Shown here: positions 29,490 through 40,664 of the stretch, piece by piece
How positions within the stretch are numbered: the stretch's first letter is position 1
How the letters are laid out: each line of letters opens with the position of its first letter
Sequence record: OZ209057.1
Direction: 5' to 3' (one strand)
Length of the DNA stretch: 64,000 nt
Source of the DNA: Escherichia phage T4
Program-made: the position numbers and the translations under genes
Notes under the pieces: generated by a model
Told to the model about the DNA's origin: nothing
Databases searched by the model: none
Seen by the model: only the letters and a program-made list of their open reading frames with translations

Positions 29490-30053
29490 TTACCATTCCA
29501 ATGCTAGTTTTTTGAGTTGTTTCTGTTCTTTTACGTTCTTAGTCACTTCTTTCAAAAAATCATCCGTGACTAAACCTTTTAGTTCTTTTAATACTAAAGG
29601 AAGTTTTCCATTTTTAGTAAGAATTGATTTATAGTTAATTGCATCATTTGTATTAACTTGATACCGCTTAGCAAGTAACTTAATAATCAATACTTCGGTG
29701 GAATCTTCAACCAGTTTTGCCCATTTACCATATCTTTTACCACGAGGAACTGCAGCCATTAGATAATTAAAATGAGCTTCATCACTTAAGCCTGATCCAA
29801 TTAAATTCATAGCATATACAGCTGGCATACACTCTGGAAATTGTGATAATGCATTTTCAACCATGAATTTTGAATAATCTTTTTGAGCAATAGAGCATTT
29901 AGTTTTATTATTAATAGCTCCAATTATTTCAAAAAATTCATTTTCTGCTTTTTCTTTAAAAGAATCAGCAGCGGATTGGACAGCTGTCCAATCTTTTGAA
30001 TACCAAGCAACTTGATGCTCGTTTAATTGAATATCATCTTTAAATAAGCTCAT
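29490..30053 (-). CDS. 62: clamp-loader subunit gp62
   Basis: 187 aa; synteny 44-62-regA-43. Confidence 0.85.
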
Positions 30054-30054
30054 A

Positions 30055-31014
30055 TCACTTCCACTGCATTTCGCATGCTAATTGAATGAAAAGATAAGCT
30101 AAATGCAATTCAGTATTAGCTGCAATACCATGATACTGATTATTTTCGCCGACAATTTCGTACATACGAATAATACTTTGTGGAGTTACACGTGAATAGA
30201 TTTCTTCGGCAAGTTTACCCACGAACCACGAATAATCAGCCGCATATTTTGGTGCTAAAGCTCTGAGTTGTTTAACATCTTTATTTTTGAGAGACTCAAG
30301 AACATCATCAATAGCACCACGATCGTTAGTAACCAGTGATAAAATACCAGCATCCAAAACACCTTTAGACGAATAACTATCGAGCTCGCCAATAGTTTTA
30401 CGAAAATCAGGAAAATTCTTTTTAACCAAAGCTGCTACAACTTTCATATCAGCTATAGCAATTCCTTCATGCTTGCAGATTTCAGTCAATCGACGAATCA
30501 TCTGCTTCATCATTTCAATTTTATCTTCATCAGTTGGTTGACCGAATGTAATAACTCGGCAGCGTGACTGAAGCGGTTTAATAATACCATCAATATTATT
30601 AGCAGTAATAATAATACTACAGTTTGAACTATAAGCTTCCATAAAGGAACGAAGATGTCGCTGAGACTCTGCTAACCCTGAACGGTCAAATTCATCAATA
30701 ACGATTACTTTTTGACGACCATCAAATGAAGCGGCGCTGGCAAAATTAGTCAAAGGACCACGAACGAAATCAATTTTACAATCTGACCCATTCACAAACA
30801 TCATATCAGCATTTACATCATGACATAATGCTTTTGCTACAGTTGTTTTACCTGTTCCTGGAGAAGGAGAATGAAGAATAATATGTGGAATCTTACCTTT
30901 ACTTGTAATAGATTTAAAGGTTTCTTTATCAAAGGCGGGAAGAATACATTCATCGATAGTAAATGGACGATATTTCTGTTCAAGAATGTGTTCTTTTTCA
31001 TTTACAGTAATCAT
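30055..31014 (-). CDS. 44: clamp-loader AAA+ ATPase gp44
   Basis: 319 aa from ATG at 31014; Walker [11 protein letters not shown]; SRC motif LQSRC. Confidence 0.92.
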   Translation of the reverse strand: MITVNEKEHILEQKYRPFTIDECILPAFDKETFKSITSKGKIPHIILHSPSPGTGKTTVAKALCHDVNADMMFVNGSDCKIDFVRGPLTNFASAASFDGRQKVIVIDEFDRSGLAESQRHLRSFMEAYSSNCSIIITANNIDGIIKPLQSRCRVITFGQPTDEDKIEMMKQMIRRLTEICKHEGIAIADMKVVAALVKKNFPDFRKTIGELDSYSSKGVLDAGILSLVTNDRGAIDDVLESLKNKDVKQLRALAPKYAADYSWFVGKLAEEIYSRVTPQSIIRMYEIVGENNQYHGIAANTELHLAYLFIQLACEMQWK

Positions 31015-31048
31015 AATTTCCTCATTCAAGTTTTAGTGTAAATTATAA

Positions 31049-31062
31049 AGGGCCGAAGCCCT
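31049..31062 (-). terminator. UUCG hairpin in 45-44 intergenic region
   Basis: agggc cgaa gccct. Confidence 0.5.
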
Positions 31063-31065
31063 CTA

Positions 31066-31752
31066 TTAAAAATCGTGGGTAGAATCAGCTTCAAGAGCTA
31101 CCACATAATTCGCGTGTTCACCTTCAAATTTAGCAGCACCTTGTTTACCTTTTGCCCAAAGCAGAAGTTTATAATTTCCTGGTTGCATTTTCATATTTGC
31201 CATATTGATAATGAAATTAAATGTATTTTCACCATCATAATCACCAAGAGTCAAAGAATATTTAACACGGGTCAGAGCAGAATCTTCTACTTTATTAAAA
31301 CCGTTAATTACGATTTTACCTTCTTTTACCGTGATAGCAATTGTATCAATTTGCAGACCACGAGATACACGCAACAGCTGTTGAAGGTCTTCAGCTTTAA
31401 TTTCAGTAACAGCAGATGCTACCGGGAATGGAATTGGTTTATTAGGAGCAACTACTGTACTCGGATCGGCTGCTGGCCAAAAAATTGTTGAGCGGGCATC
31501 AGCAATTTTAATATTTCCATCTTCTGACTGGGAAATTTCTGCATCATCATTAACTAAAGACAGAATACCGAGAAAACCGTTCAAATCGTAAATTGCTACA
31601 TCAAAATCAATAACGTCAGAAATATTTGCTTCCGCATAAGTTGTACCATTAACTGCGCGAGTCATAATAAATTGACCGGATTTAAGCATAATACCAGAGT
31701 TAATAGTAGCGAAATTTTTAAGCAGAGCAGTAGTATCTTTAGACAGTTTCAT
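31066..31752 (-). CDS. 45: sliding clamp gp45
   Basis: 228 aa; length/synteny. Confidence 0.9.
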   Translation of the reverse strand: MKLSKDTTALLKNFATINSGIMLKSGQFIMTRAVNGTTYAEANISDVIDFDVAIYDLNGFLGILSLVNDDAEISQSEDGNIKIADARSTIFWPAADPSTVVAPNKPIPFPVASAVTEIKAEDLQQLLRVSRGLQIDTIAITVKEGKIVINGFNKVEDSALTRVKYSLTLGDYDGENTFNFIINMANMKMQPGNYKLLLWAKGKQGAAKFEGEHANYVVALEADSTHDF

Positions 31753-31807
31753 GTAATTTCCTTCAATTCAAATGAGATTTAATTTTATAACTAATTTAAT
31801 AAAGCAA

Positions 31808-32197
31808 TTAACGATTAAAATCAGCCGCAATTGTTTCCGCAACAATTTGAGCAGCAACAATTAGACGTTCATCTGCATTACCGCAATAATCATCTTCAAG
31901 GCGTTCACCACATGAAGTCATAATAAATTTAGCACCGGCGTTTAGGGATTCTGTAGTATGTTTGCGCATTAGTTCAATCCATTTATTACTTACTTCACGA
32001 TCGATAGCTTCATAATACGCATGACGAGCAGGTGCAGATTTAATTTTGTTCTGAATAACTTCCATTGCGTTATCAGAAAGAGACAAAACCCATGCTCGAC
32101 GAATTTTATTTTGGTTTTGTGGATTTGATTCAGAACGCACGTGTTTTGGCTGAATATCTTTTACATCAACAGTATAATTCACAGTAATTTTAGTCAT
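31808..32197 (-). CDS. rpbA: RNA polymerase-binding protein RpbA
   Basis: 129 aa; length/synteny. Confidence 0.7.
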
Positions 32198-32206
32198 AAT
32201 ACACCT

Positions 32207-32395
32207 TTAGTCATAATAATCAGTAACAGTCCAAGCTTCATTTCTATTGGACATTATTTTTGTATATTCTGCTTTAAATGCATTCCTAAGCATAGATTCA
32301 GTAACTATATGCTCTTCATTAGAAAAATTATTTCTCAGAATATATCGTTTTATTTCAGGAATAGTTAATAGATGCTGTCCAGTTGAATATTCCAT
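32207..32395 (-). CDS. hypothetical protein (45.2 position)
   Basis: 62 aa ORF. Confidence 0.5.
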   Translation of the reverse strand: MEYSTGQHLLTIPEIKRYILRNNFSNEEHIVTESMLRNAFKAEYTKIMSNRNEAWTVTDYYD

Positions 32396-32412
32396 GTTTT
32401 TCCTCCATAGAG

Positions 32413-32436
32413 ATTATACTCTAATAAATTAAAGCA
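32413..32436 (-). promoter_or_regulatory. MotA-dependent middle promoter candidate (MotA box TGCTTTA - 11 nt - TATAAT)
   Basis: plus strand attata 32413..32418 and taaagca 32430..32436. Confidence 0.55.
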
Positions 32437-32450
32437 TAATCTCTTATAAA

Positions 32451-34133
32451 TTAAACCATTACAGTAAATCGACCAACTTTCTTCATTTGAAGATGCTGAC
32501 CATATTCTTGCGGGTCATGGTCTTTATGCGAAATTATAAAAACGTTAGTGTTTTTCATTGAATTTATAATATTAGCTACACCTTTAATACCTTCGGCATC
32601 AAATGACCCATCAAACACTTCATCAAGAATTAATGTACTAATACTAACACCAGATACGATAGAAGCAATATCACGCCAAGTAAATAAAAGAGCAATATCG
32701 ATTCGTGCCTTTTCACCTTCACTAAATGAAGCATAACTAAAATCTTCACGACCACGGGATTTAATTGTCTCATTAAATTCTTCATCTAATGTAAACACAT
32801 AATCCGCTTCCATTATTTTAAGATAATGGTTAATCTGCTTATTAAATAATGGAATGTACTTTTTAATAATAGCACCTTTAATACCAGAATCTTTGAGCAT
32901 ATCAGTCAAAATTCCTCGGTGGTATTTTTCCATTACTAAATTAGTTTTTGTCTTAACAATTTTATCAAGTTCTTCTTGAAGCAGTGCTATTTCATCAGCA
33001 TGGTCAATAAACTCAGAAGATGCTTTTTCTATAGCCGCTTTAACTTTTTTAGCTTTATCTACTGCTGCGATCAGAGATTGCTTTTTATTGCGAATATCAT
33101 TTGCCAACGACTGCTGGGTTTTAATATTATCTCGGTATTCATCAACAAGAACTTTTAAATTATCACGATGTGTTGAAAGCTGTTCAAACGAATGTGTGCA
33201 TTCAGAAACTTTATCTTTAATTTTAGAAACAACTTTATCACCGGAACTCAATTGTGACAAACAGGTTGGACATAATCCACCTTCGTGATACATATTAATG
33301 ACTTTATTATACGAGTCAATTTTTGATTTAATTAAAAATGCTTCTTGACCGATTTTATTAAATGCATCAGTCGGGTCTTCGTCCAAAACAATATTAACTA
33401 ATCTTTCGTTAGCTTCTTCTATTTCCGATTTTAGCGTTCTAGCTTCTTTTGCCAAATCATCATACATATTTTGTAGACGAGTAAGGTTGTCACCCGTTAA
33501 TTTTTTCTGGCGTTCAACATTATCATTATATATTTTAATTTGTTGGATAATACTATCTTTTTTAACATCAAGCACTTGGTTCTGCGAATTTAATTCACGT
33601 ATTAGTGCTTTATTAAGCTTATCCATTTCAGCTAATGTTCCTACCTCAAGCAGGTCTTCCACAAGCTTTCTTCGCGCAGGGGTCGACAAACCCATGAAAG
33701 GGGTATACCCTGCTGTACCAAGGACAACAATCTGCTTGAAACTGGCATATGACATTCCGATAAGCTGTTCAAATTCTGCTTGGAAATCTTTACTGCTGGC
33801 AGATTCATTAAGACGTGTACCGTTAACGGTGATTTCGAAAACGTTTGGTTTTTGTCCTCTTTTGATATAGTACTTTTTCTCATCATATTCCATCCACAGT
33901 TCAACTAAAAGTTCTTTCTTATTTGTGCTGTTTATTAATTGACCTTTCTTTACATCGCGAAATGGCTTACCAAAAAGCCCAAATGTGATGGCTTCTAGCA
34001 TAGTAGACTTACCACCGCCATTTCGTCCAGTAATAAGAGTTTTTTGAACCTTATCTAATTGAATGTCAATCCCATTTTGACCAACTGACATTATATTTTT
34101 ATATTTTACTCTATTAAGTTTAAAATTCTTCAC
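32451..34133 (-). CDS. 46: recombination nuclease subunit gp46 (Rad50/SbcC-like ATPase)
   Basis: 560 aa; Walker A GRNGGGKST, long coiled coil, CPTC zinc hook-like motif. Confidence 0.92.
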   Translation of the reverse strand: MKNFKLNRVKYKNIMSVGQNGIDIQLDKVQKTLITGRNGGGKSTMLEAITFGLFGKPFRDVKKGQLINSTNKKELLVELWMEYDEKKYYIKRGQKPNVFEITVNGTRLNESASSKDFQAEFEQLIGMSYASFKQIVVLGTAGYTPFMGLSTPARRKLVEDLLEVGTLAEMDKLNKALIRELNSQNQVLDVKKDSIIQQIKIYNDNVERQKKLTGDNLTRLQNMYDDLAKEARTLKSEIEEANERLVNIVLDEDPTDAFNKIGQEAFLIKSKIDSYNKVINMYHEGGLCPTCLSQLSSGDKVVSKIKDKVSECTHSFEQLSTHRDNLKVLVDEYRDNIKTQQSLANDIRNKKQSLIAAVDKAKKVKAAIEKASSEFIDHADEIALLQEELDKIVKTKTNLVMEKYHRGILTDMLKDSGIKGAIIKKYIPLFNKQINHYLKIMEADYVFTLDEEFNETIKSRGREDFSYASFSEGEKARIDIALLFTWRDIASIVSGVSISTLILDEVFDGSFDAEGIKGVANIINSMKNTNVFIISHKDHDPQEYGQHLQMKKVGRFTVMV

Positions 34134-34393
34134 AAAAGATTCCTTTTAATGTATCTTTTAGACCATTCTATCATATCATCATAATCTAAAAAGTATTCAT
34201 CAAATTCAGCCATGCAAACAACGCCTTGTGCTGTTTTTGATGTGATATAAATTATTCCAACATATCTAGAATCTTCTTCGGTATAATCAATATTTGCTAT
34301 GAATTCATCATTAATGTCAAATGTCGAAAACTTCACAGTATGCATCCTTAATACAAGATACAGCCATATCTCGTAATGATTTAGGTGTGTCAT
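34130..34393 (-). CDS. hypothetical protein (46.1 position)
   Basis: 87 aa ORF. Confidence 0.5.
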   Translation of the reverse strand: MTHLNHYEIWLYLVLRMHTVKFSTFDINDEFIANIDYTEEDSRYVGIIYITSKTAQGVVCMAEFDEYFLDYDDMIEWSKRYIKRNLL

Positions 34394-34580
34394 TATCTAA
34401 AATGTTGAAGTTAAAAGATACAGCCCAGTCAGTGCAGACAGTAACCTTTTTAATACAATTATCTTCAACCTCTAACGGTTCAAACCAGTATTCAATAATT
34501 TCTTTATGACCAATATCATCTTTTACTTCACATTTAAAATGCTGACTCATCATAACATTTTTAAATTCATCAAAAGTCAT
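34317..34580 (-). CDS. hypothetical protein (46.2 position)
   Basis: 87 aa ORF. Confidence 0.5.
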   Translation of the reverse strand: MTFDEFKNVMMSQHFKCEVKDDIGHKEIIEYWFEPLEVEDNCIKKVTVCTDWAVSFNFNILDNDTPKSLRDMAVSCIKDAYCEVFDI

Positions 34581-35596
34581 TGTGTTGCCTCTACATATAG
34601 CTGATTTGCATATTGAATAAGTGCTTCACGGTCAGAATCAGTGATGTCTGGAATTGCATTAATATACTCTTCCATTAATGTCTGAAGCGATTGAACTTCA
34701 ACTTCTTCACTGTCATCTGACTCGACAGAGTTATCAATCTTTGACACAACTCGTAATGAATGCACAACTTTTTCTAGTTCAGATTCGAACTTCGTCAGAT
34801 TTTTGTCTACTTCAGTTACTATAACACGTACTGATAGATTTGTAAAATCTTTATAGTCAATTTTTCCTTTAAATGGATAATGAATTCTACGATGCCAGGT
34901 AGTATTGTTTGGAATAAATTCCGTTCGTTCTGTTTCTGTATCAAACATCCAGAACCCACGAGGGTCATTCTCGTCACCTGCGGTTAGTGTCCATGGTGTC
35001 CCAATATATCTGACGTTTGCAGCCTCAGAAATAGTATGGAAGTGACCAGACCACACTTCTTTATAAGTCTTAAGGAAATCGGGTTCAAGACCATGAGATT
35101 TCATTCCTTTATAAAAATAAAATCCATTCAGTTCCCAGTGACCAACACAAAAAGAAGCAGATGAAGTTTTGATATGCTCAAGAATTTCACCAGTATTTTC
35201 TTCGCACATCCAAGGAATCAAATCAATCAAACACCCGTCAAAATCTACTGTAGTAGGCTTATCATACACTTTAACATTAGGATATTTAGCCAAAAGCTCA
35301 GTAGAAGCATTTGGATGCATTACATTTTTATAGTGGAGATCGTGATTTCCTACAATAGTGTGTAATGTAATTCCAGCATCATCAAGCGTTTGAACTATTT
35401 CACGGGCAAACTCCATAGTTTTATGTGTGATCGCTTTTCGCACATCAAAAATATCACCGTATTGAATCCAGGTAGTAATTCCATTTTTCTTAGAATATTC
35501 TATCGCTTGCTTAATTCCATCAATTTGAATACCGCGAATCCACTCATCATCAGCTTTAACGCCTAAATGCCAATCACCTAAATTTAAAATTTTCAT
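34577..35596 (-). CDS. 47: recombination nuclease subunit gp47 (Mre11/SbcD-like)
   Basis: 339 aa; phosphoesterase motifs GDWHLG, GNHD. Confidence 0.92.
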   Translation of the reverse strand: MKILNLGDWHLGVKADDEWIRGIQIDGIKQAIEYSKKNGITTWIQYGDIFDVRKAITHKTMEFAREIVQTLDDAGITLHTIVGNHDLHYKNVMHPNASTELLAKYPNVKVYDKPTTVDFDGCLIDLIPWMCEENTGEILEHIKTSSASFCVGHWELNGFYFYKGMKSHGLEPDFLKTYKEVWSGHFHTISEAANVRYIGTPWTLTAGDENDPRGFWMFDTETERTEFIPNNTTWHRRIHYPFKGKIDYKDFTNLSVRVIVTEVDKNLTKFESELEKVVHSLRVVSKIDNSVESDDSEEVEVQSLQTLMEEYINAIPDITDSDREALIQYANQLYVEATQ

Positions 35597-35756
35597 ATAT
35601 CAAGAACCGTCATTGAAATGCAAAATAAAATTATTGAAATAAATCCATCTGGAGTGCTAAAGAACCCAATCCAACATGCTCTAGTGAATAGATAAAATGC
35701 AAGAAAAAGTATCACATATCCAAGAAATATCATTATATCAAACTCCGTATAAAGCT

Positions 35757-35774
35757 AAAGGGCCGAAGCCCTTT
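35757..35774 (-). terminator. UUCG hairpin at alpha-gt 3' end
   Basis: aaagggc cgaa gcccttt overlapping stop codon. Confidence 0.5.
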
Positions 35775-36975
35775 ATTTTGTAATAATGTCAAACTGTTCT
35801 TTAAAGCAGAAGCTTGAATCTTGATGCTGATACAAAAATTCATATGCTTTTTCTCGCTCACGGTCATAAAGAGCTCGGTCAGATGACAGTTCTTTAATAC
35901 GTTCAAATGTTGATTCCATATCATTTTCATCAAACCAAATGATACCGCTATCATGCGAGGTCAAAGGAGTATTATCAACACGGAATTTTAAATTTTCGCC
36001 AGTAGATTTCCAAAATACCGGAATTGTTCCACATGCACCAAGCTCGAGATGAGTATATTCGAGTGAGCGTTGTAAGTATTTCTGGTTAAGTTTACTCAAC
36101 TGATATCCAAAGCCAGATTTACTCATTCGTTCAAGCATTTCACTATTAATATAACAATCTAGGATTTGTGCCGGTTGATTCGGCGCGAGATTCATTTTAT
36201 CAATCTCACGATTACCGTAATATTCATACGGAATACCTTTTTCCTTAATTGCAATAAAAGCAGGGGAACGTTCCAGACCTTCCATTACAGTGGATTTACC
36301 AGCAGGTTTTAAGAATTTTTCATGAAAATCAAACATCTGGTAAAAACCTTTCCATGTAGTCGTACGACCAATCCAACGGTTGATATTCATGTTAATTTCA
36401 GAAACATCTTTCCAATAAGTTGACCGAACCTTCACAATATCCATAGGAGGCTGAAAATTATATACTGTCGGTGCTTCTTCAATATCATCAAACAGAGAAA
36501 CAGTTTCTGGATACCATTCTTTCATCAGAACTTTATTAAAATCACCATTATCAGAATGGCTAAAAATAACATCAGCTCGACGAACAGTTTCTTCTAATCC
36601 CAAATTTCGACGCAAAGAAAGAACAGAATGATCATGCTGATAAACTACAACACGAATAGAAGGTTTAATATTATCTAAAAGTTTTTTATAGTTATTAATC
36701 GTAGCTTCTTGAACGGAAGTAGCAGGAACAGAATTAATAATTAGAATATCACAATCATTTACTAGCTTAAGTGCTTTATCGTATTCTTTAGCTAAAATAA
36801 CTGGAATTGAAAATGATTTGTGGTCATGAGAACTTGTACGAGTAAATGATTTATCTTTAGCATAAACCAAAGTTACTTCATGACCATTTTTAATAAACCA
36901 ATCACGTTGCTCGAGTGAGAATTTTGTTACACCACAACCTTCAAGACCTCGAGCCATAAAAATGCAAATACGCAT
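35773..36975 (-). CDS. agt: alpha-glucosyltransferase (HMC-DNA alpha-glucosylation)
   Basis: 400 aa intact ORF; length matches T4 alpha-gt. Confidence 0.88.
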   Translation of the reverse strand: MRICIFMARGLEGCGVTKFSLEQRDWFIKNGHEVTLVYAKDKSFTRTSSHDHKSFSIPVILAKEYDKALKLVNDCDILIINSVPATSVQEATINNYKKLLDNIKPSIRVVVYQHDHSVLSLRRNLGLEETVRRADVIFSHSDNGDFNKVLMKEWYPETVSLFDDIEEAPTVYNFQPPMDIVKVRSTYWKDVSEINMNINRWIGRTTTWKGFYQMFDFHEKFLKPAGKSTVMEGLERSPAFIAIKEKGIPYEYYGNREIDKMNLAPNQPAQILDCYINSEMLERMSKSGFGYQLSKLNQKYLQRSLEYTHLELGACGTIPVFWKSTGENLKFRVDNTPLTSHDSGIIWFDENDMESTFERIKELSSDRALYDREREKAYEFLYQHQDSSFCFKEQFDIITK

Positions 36976-37033
36976 AGTTTTCCTCTTTTCATTTAATAAA
37001 TCATGTAAATAATATTTTATTTTCTATAAAACG

Positions 37034-37828
37034 CTACGAATAGGCCCAAACATATCCATAAGCAATTTTGCTTTTTCCAGATATGCACTTTTTAATATTA
37101 GACATGCATCCTTTAACGGATACAGCTGCGTCTTTAATTCTAGGAAATACTCGTAATAATTTTCCAGTAGTATCATATTGAAATACTGGCACATTTCTTT
37201 TCTGAGTTATCCCACGTTTAGATTTAGACATTTTTTGTTTAGTTGCATTAGACATCCTAGAGGGCTTTCCTATGTTATCAGAATAATAATATTTCCATTG
37301 AAATCCTCCAGCGGTTTTCCTTTTACCATCTACACATTGTTTAATTGAAGTTGAACAGCTATATGACATATCTTCTGCAGCATCTGTAATACATCTATAT
37401 TTGCGAATAAAATTTCCATTTAAATCATATTGATAAATTGGTTTTCCAGCATTTCGTCTAGCGTTAGACATGTATTTTTTATTATCATCATCTTTCCAGA
37501 ACTCTTTCATGCTTTCCGATATTGAAGAAGATACAGCTGTTTTAATCCATCCATACATTTTATTATTTAGTCTTGTTCCGTCAGAACTATAACACATCAT
37601 ACGAATAGCTAAAGCCAATTTAGGAAGTCTATAAATTTTAAATAATAATAAATGCGCGGTAAAATGTTCTTCTGGTGTCAAAAGAACTAAATTAGTTTTA
37701 TCATCTGTACCACCCATACATCTAGGAATTATATGATGTGTTTCAGTATAGTATGTCAAAAGACTTTTATCATTGTCTCTGTTTAGTCCTTTTTCGATCA
37801 GTAAATTATATATGTTTAAATAATTCAT
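37034..37828 (-). CDS. mobB: HNH homing endonuclease MobB
   Basis: 264 aa; ETHHIIPRCMGGTDDKTNLV HNH motif. Confidence 0.8.
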   Translation of the reverse strand: MNYLNIYNLLIEKGLNRDNDKSLLTYYTETHHIIPRCMGGTDDKTNLVLLTPEEHFTAHLLLFKIYRLPKLALAIRMMCYSSDGTRLNNKMYGWIKTAVSSSISESMKEFWKDDDNKKYMSNARRNAGKPIYQYDLNGNFIRKYRCITDAAEDMSYSCSTSIKQCVDGKRKTAGGFQWKYYYSDNIGKPSRMSNATKQKMSKSKRGITQKRNVPVFQYDTTGKLLRVFPRIKDAAVSVKGCMSNIKKCISGKSKIAYGYVWAYS

Positions 37829-37879
37829 TTTAGTTTATTTTACCAAAAAATTTATAAAGCAATATAAGAGCCGAAGCTC

Positions 37880-38071
37880 CTATCCACATAATACGCCATA
37901 CAGAGGCTCGTTAGAACTTTTAAATTTTATGCGCTTATATGTTATAGTTCCTTCTGCTTTAGCTTTATCATGAGCCTCTTTAAAGCGTCTCATCATTTCC
38001 TCTCTAGAGGAACGAATTTTATTATAATCTATTTCAGAAGTCGGATGTTCATCTTTCACAGTTGCCACCAT
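37880..38071 (-). CDS. hypothetical small protein
   Basis: 63 aa ORF. Confidence 0.45.
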   Translation of the reverse strand: MVATVKDEHPTSEIDYNKIRSSREEMMRRFKEAHDKAKAEGTITYKRIKFKSSNEPLYGVLCG

Positions 38072-38262
38072 TTTTTGACTTGATAAGAATCAACCCACAC
38101 TTTCATATTAGGGTCTGCTCTTACAATAGGAGGATTAACTTCTTTGATTGAACTATCACGGTATTCTTTTTCAGAAATTTTCACGCAAAGATGACCATTC
38201 AAAGATTCAGTAAATCCTGCATTAATTTTAAGACGCTTGAATTTTACGTGTGTAAGCATCAA
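38056..38262 (-). CDS. hypothetical small protein
   Basis: 68 aa ORF. Confidence 0.45.
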   Translation of the reverse strand: MMLTHVKFKRLKINAGFTESLNGHLCVKISEKEYRDSSIKEVNPPIVRADPNMKVWVDSYQVKKWWQL

Positions 38263-38545
38263 TCATATCCTCAATCTGCGATCTAGTAGTCTTCCAAAGA
38301 ATACTGATGAGTTCATCGTTATATGGCTGTTTTAGAATATCCCGACTTTTCTTGATAGCATATTCGTATTGAGCAAAATTATTATTTTCAGCTGCGATCT
38401 GAGCGTGCTTATAAAGACGATTCAGTTCGCGTTTGTTTTTAGACAATAACTTATTTGCTTTTCTTTCTGCTTCAAGACGGTTCTTTTCTTCAATAGAAGA
38501 AATAAGCTTTTCCACTTCATCATTAATTTCGGGTTTATCAGTCAT
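38228..38545 (-). CDS. hypothetical protein
   Basis: 105 aa ORF. Confidence 0.5.
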   Translation of the reverse strand: MTDKPEINDEVEKLISSIEEKNRLEAERKANKLLSKNKRELNRLYKHAQIAAENNNFAQYEYAIKKSRDILKQPYNDELISILWKTTRSQIEDMIDAYTRKIQAS

Positions 38546-38546
38546 A

Positions 38547-38792
38547 TTATTTCTCTAATATAAAATAAAAATCATCATCTGTTAAATGATACCGATAGTT
38601 TAATTCTACACCATTAGATTTAAAAGCGGTATCATACGGATTTTCTGGATCAATATCAATGTCAAGAGCTAAAACTTCCCTGAGATACATTTTAAGTAAA
38701 TAGGGAATAGCTTCAACTTCAGGTATTTCTTCCAAGAATCCGGAGAGGTTAATCGTTAGCCTCATATAAAAAATCCAAACTAGGAGAATCAT
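38547..38792 (-). CDS. hypothetical protein
   Basis: 81 aa ORF. Confidence 0.5.
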
Positions 38793-39306
38793 CTACAACA
38801 CTTTTCTTTTCAGCCCCCGGTGTTCTATAGGTTGATTCTTCGTAATGCGTCATTTTATCATAGATGTCTTGAATAAAAGTTTCATCTACTAACGCAACCA
38901 TATCGTCGTCACGGCTGTCATAGACATTGTGAACGAAGTAACTATATTTCTTTGCAACTTCCTTACGTTCTTTTTTAATACGTTGGACGAATGCATTAAA
39001 ACAAGCTTGAGTTATATACGCATGTGGGTTTTTATATTTCGTTTCATCAAAATTGTGAAGCCCCTTAATAGAAGCTTCTATACCATCTGCAATCATTTCT
39101 TGTTTCCAAGACTGGGTGTATCCTGAAAAGTTGAAACGTTTAGATAAGCCTTCTGCAATAAGCATAATGGCTAATCCGATAGTATCATTCTGACGAACTA
39201 CTTTATTTGGGTCTTTATTATTTGCTAATTCTGTTTTCCAATCAATAATAGCTTGTAAAAGCTCTTTATTGTTTACGTAATTATATTTAGGCTTAGTTTC
39301 TGACAT
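38749..39306 (-). CDS. 55: late sigma factor gp55
   Basis: 185 aa from ATG at 39306 ([20 protein letters not shown]...). Confidence 0.9.
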
Positions 39307-39388
39307 TTTCACCTCTTAGCTCAATTCATAGATCTATTATATCATAATATTTGAAGACCTATCTTAAAGCATAGAGGATGAATCAATT

Positions 39389-39604
39389 TCAAGCATTCAT
39401 CAGATTAGCCGCTCCAAGAGCTGCATCTAGTGAATCAAATTGGTCAACATATTCAATTAATTCGCCGTAATTAGCGTATAACCACCATTGGCTAAATTCA
39501 TACTCAAGGATGAATCCATTTCCTTCAATTTGAGTTAAACCAATGCCATTTGTATTTACTTCATACCCAGCGAGACGTAAATCGTTAATAAGAGCTTCGT
39601 TCAT
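39389..39604 (-). CDS. hypothetical protein (55.1 position)
   Basis: 71 aa ORF. Confidence 0.5.
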   Translation of the reverse strand: MNEALINDLRLAGYEVNTNGIGLTQIEGNGFILEYEFSQWWLYANYGELIEYVDQFDSLDAALGAANLMNA

Positions 39605-39606
39605 AA

Positions 39607-39933
39607 TTATACCTTAGTAATTTTCAGGTCTGCAAATTTTTTCTTGCGTTGATTTTTCATGCGACGAATAGTTTTATCGGAAATTTCATGCTTTTGATAA
39701 GCTTTAGATTCTACACCAAAAGCTTTAACATCAAATTCTGACAAGATATATTGAACCAACAATTCACGGACAGTATTGCGTCCAATCTTCTGATCATTCT
39801 GTTTCATCGTCTGATGAAGCTCTTTTTCCCATTTATCCAAAATTTGAGGAGTTACAATATCGCCTTTTTCTAGCAAAGAAACTACTTTATCATATGCGTA
39901 AGAATTGATGGCGTTTTTAATTTGAATAGTCAT
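39607..39933 (-). CDS. hypothetical protein (55.2 position)
   Basis: 108 aa ORF. Confidence 0.5.
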   Translation of the reverse strand: MTIQIKNAINSYAYDKVVSLLEKGDIVTPQILDKWEKELHQTMKQNDQKIGRNTVRELLVQYILSEFDVKAFGVESKAYQKHEISDKTIRRMKNQRKKKFADLKITKV

Positions 39934-39971
39934 ACATTATCCTCAATTACGTTAAAATTTTATTATCCAAA

Positions 39972-39988
39972 AAGGGCCGAAGCCCTTA
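39972..39988 (-). terminator. UUCG hairpin + U-run
   Basis: aagggc cgaa gccctt; minus-strand transcript followed by UUUUUGG. Confidence 0.55.
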
Positions 39989-40186
39989 GCTAAACTTTTT
40001 GGCACCCTTCCAGCCTTCGTACATCATTGCGACTGACAATGACAAAGCTCCTTCACATGCTGCATACTTATTATTCCAGAACCAATTTAGAAAAACTTCA
40101 TCCTCAATACCGTTGTGTTTCATGTTCTGGAAAAATTTGGCGCGTTCTTCAGCAATTCGCTGCGATAATTTAGATTCAGGATTCAT
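39986..40186 (-). CDS. hypothetical small protein
   Basis: 66 aa ORF. Confidence 0.5.
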   Translation of the reverse strand: MNPESKLSQRIAEERAKFFQNMKHNGIEDEVFLNWFWNNKYAACEGALSLSVAMMYEGWKGAKKFS

Positions 40187-40402
40187 TTAAATTTCCCAAT
40201 TGCCATTTTCATCAATAAATTTAATCCAGTCATTTACTGACCACTTGGTCGTATCGCCTTTTGGAGTAACATTTAAAGTGTATAGCCCTTGCTTAAAAAG
40301 CATGCGTTTGATATTCATATTTTCCTCAGCTGTAACGATAACACTCGTTTGATTTACGTTTAGCAACTCGTTGAGAAGTATTATAATCAAAATCATCATC
40401 AA
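40187..40402 (-). CDS. hypothetical small protein (true start probably internal ATG at 40318)
   Basis: ORF track 71 aa; hydrophobic N-term likely out-of-gene. Confidence 0.4.
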   Translation of the reverse strand: MMMILIIILLNELLNVNQTSVIVTAEENMNIKRMLFKQGLYTLNVTPKGDTTKWSVNDWIKFIDENGNWEI

Positions 40403-40664
40403 TGTAAACTGATTTTTTCAACTTTCTTACTTCACCGCGTAATTGACGATTTAACTCATCTTTAACTTCTGAATCAATACCTTTCATTCTACGCCATTTA
40501 TCTGAGCGAAAAATGTTTTCAACCATATCTTTATGACTTACCCCATCAGGAGCTTTACGCTTTCCGAAATAGTCATAATCACGCACTTTTAAGTCTTTAC
40601 GACGATACGTTTTACCCATGGAGTTTAATTTCCTTAGCAACTGAACTAAATACAGCACGATCAC
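40326..40664 (-). CDS. hypothetical basic protein (true start possibly internal ATG at 40619)
   Basis: 112 aa ORF, K/R-rich. Confidence 0.45.
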   Translation of the reverse strand: MIVLYLVQLLRKLNSMGKTYRRKDLKVRDYDYFGKRKAPDGVSHKDMVENIFRSDKWRRMKGIDSEVKDELNRQLRGEVRKLKKSVYIDDDFDYNTSQRVAKRKSNECYRYS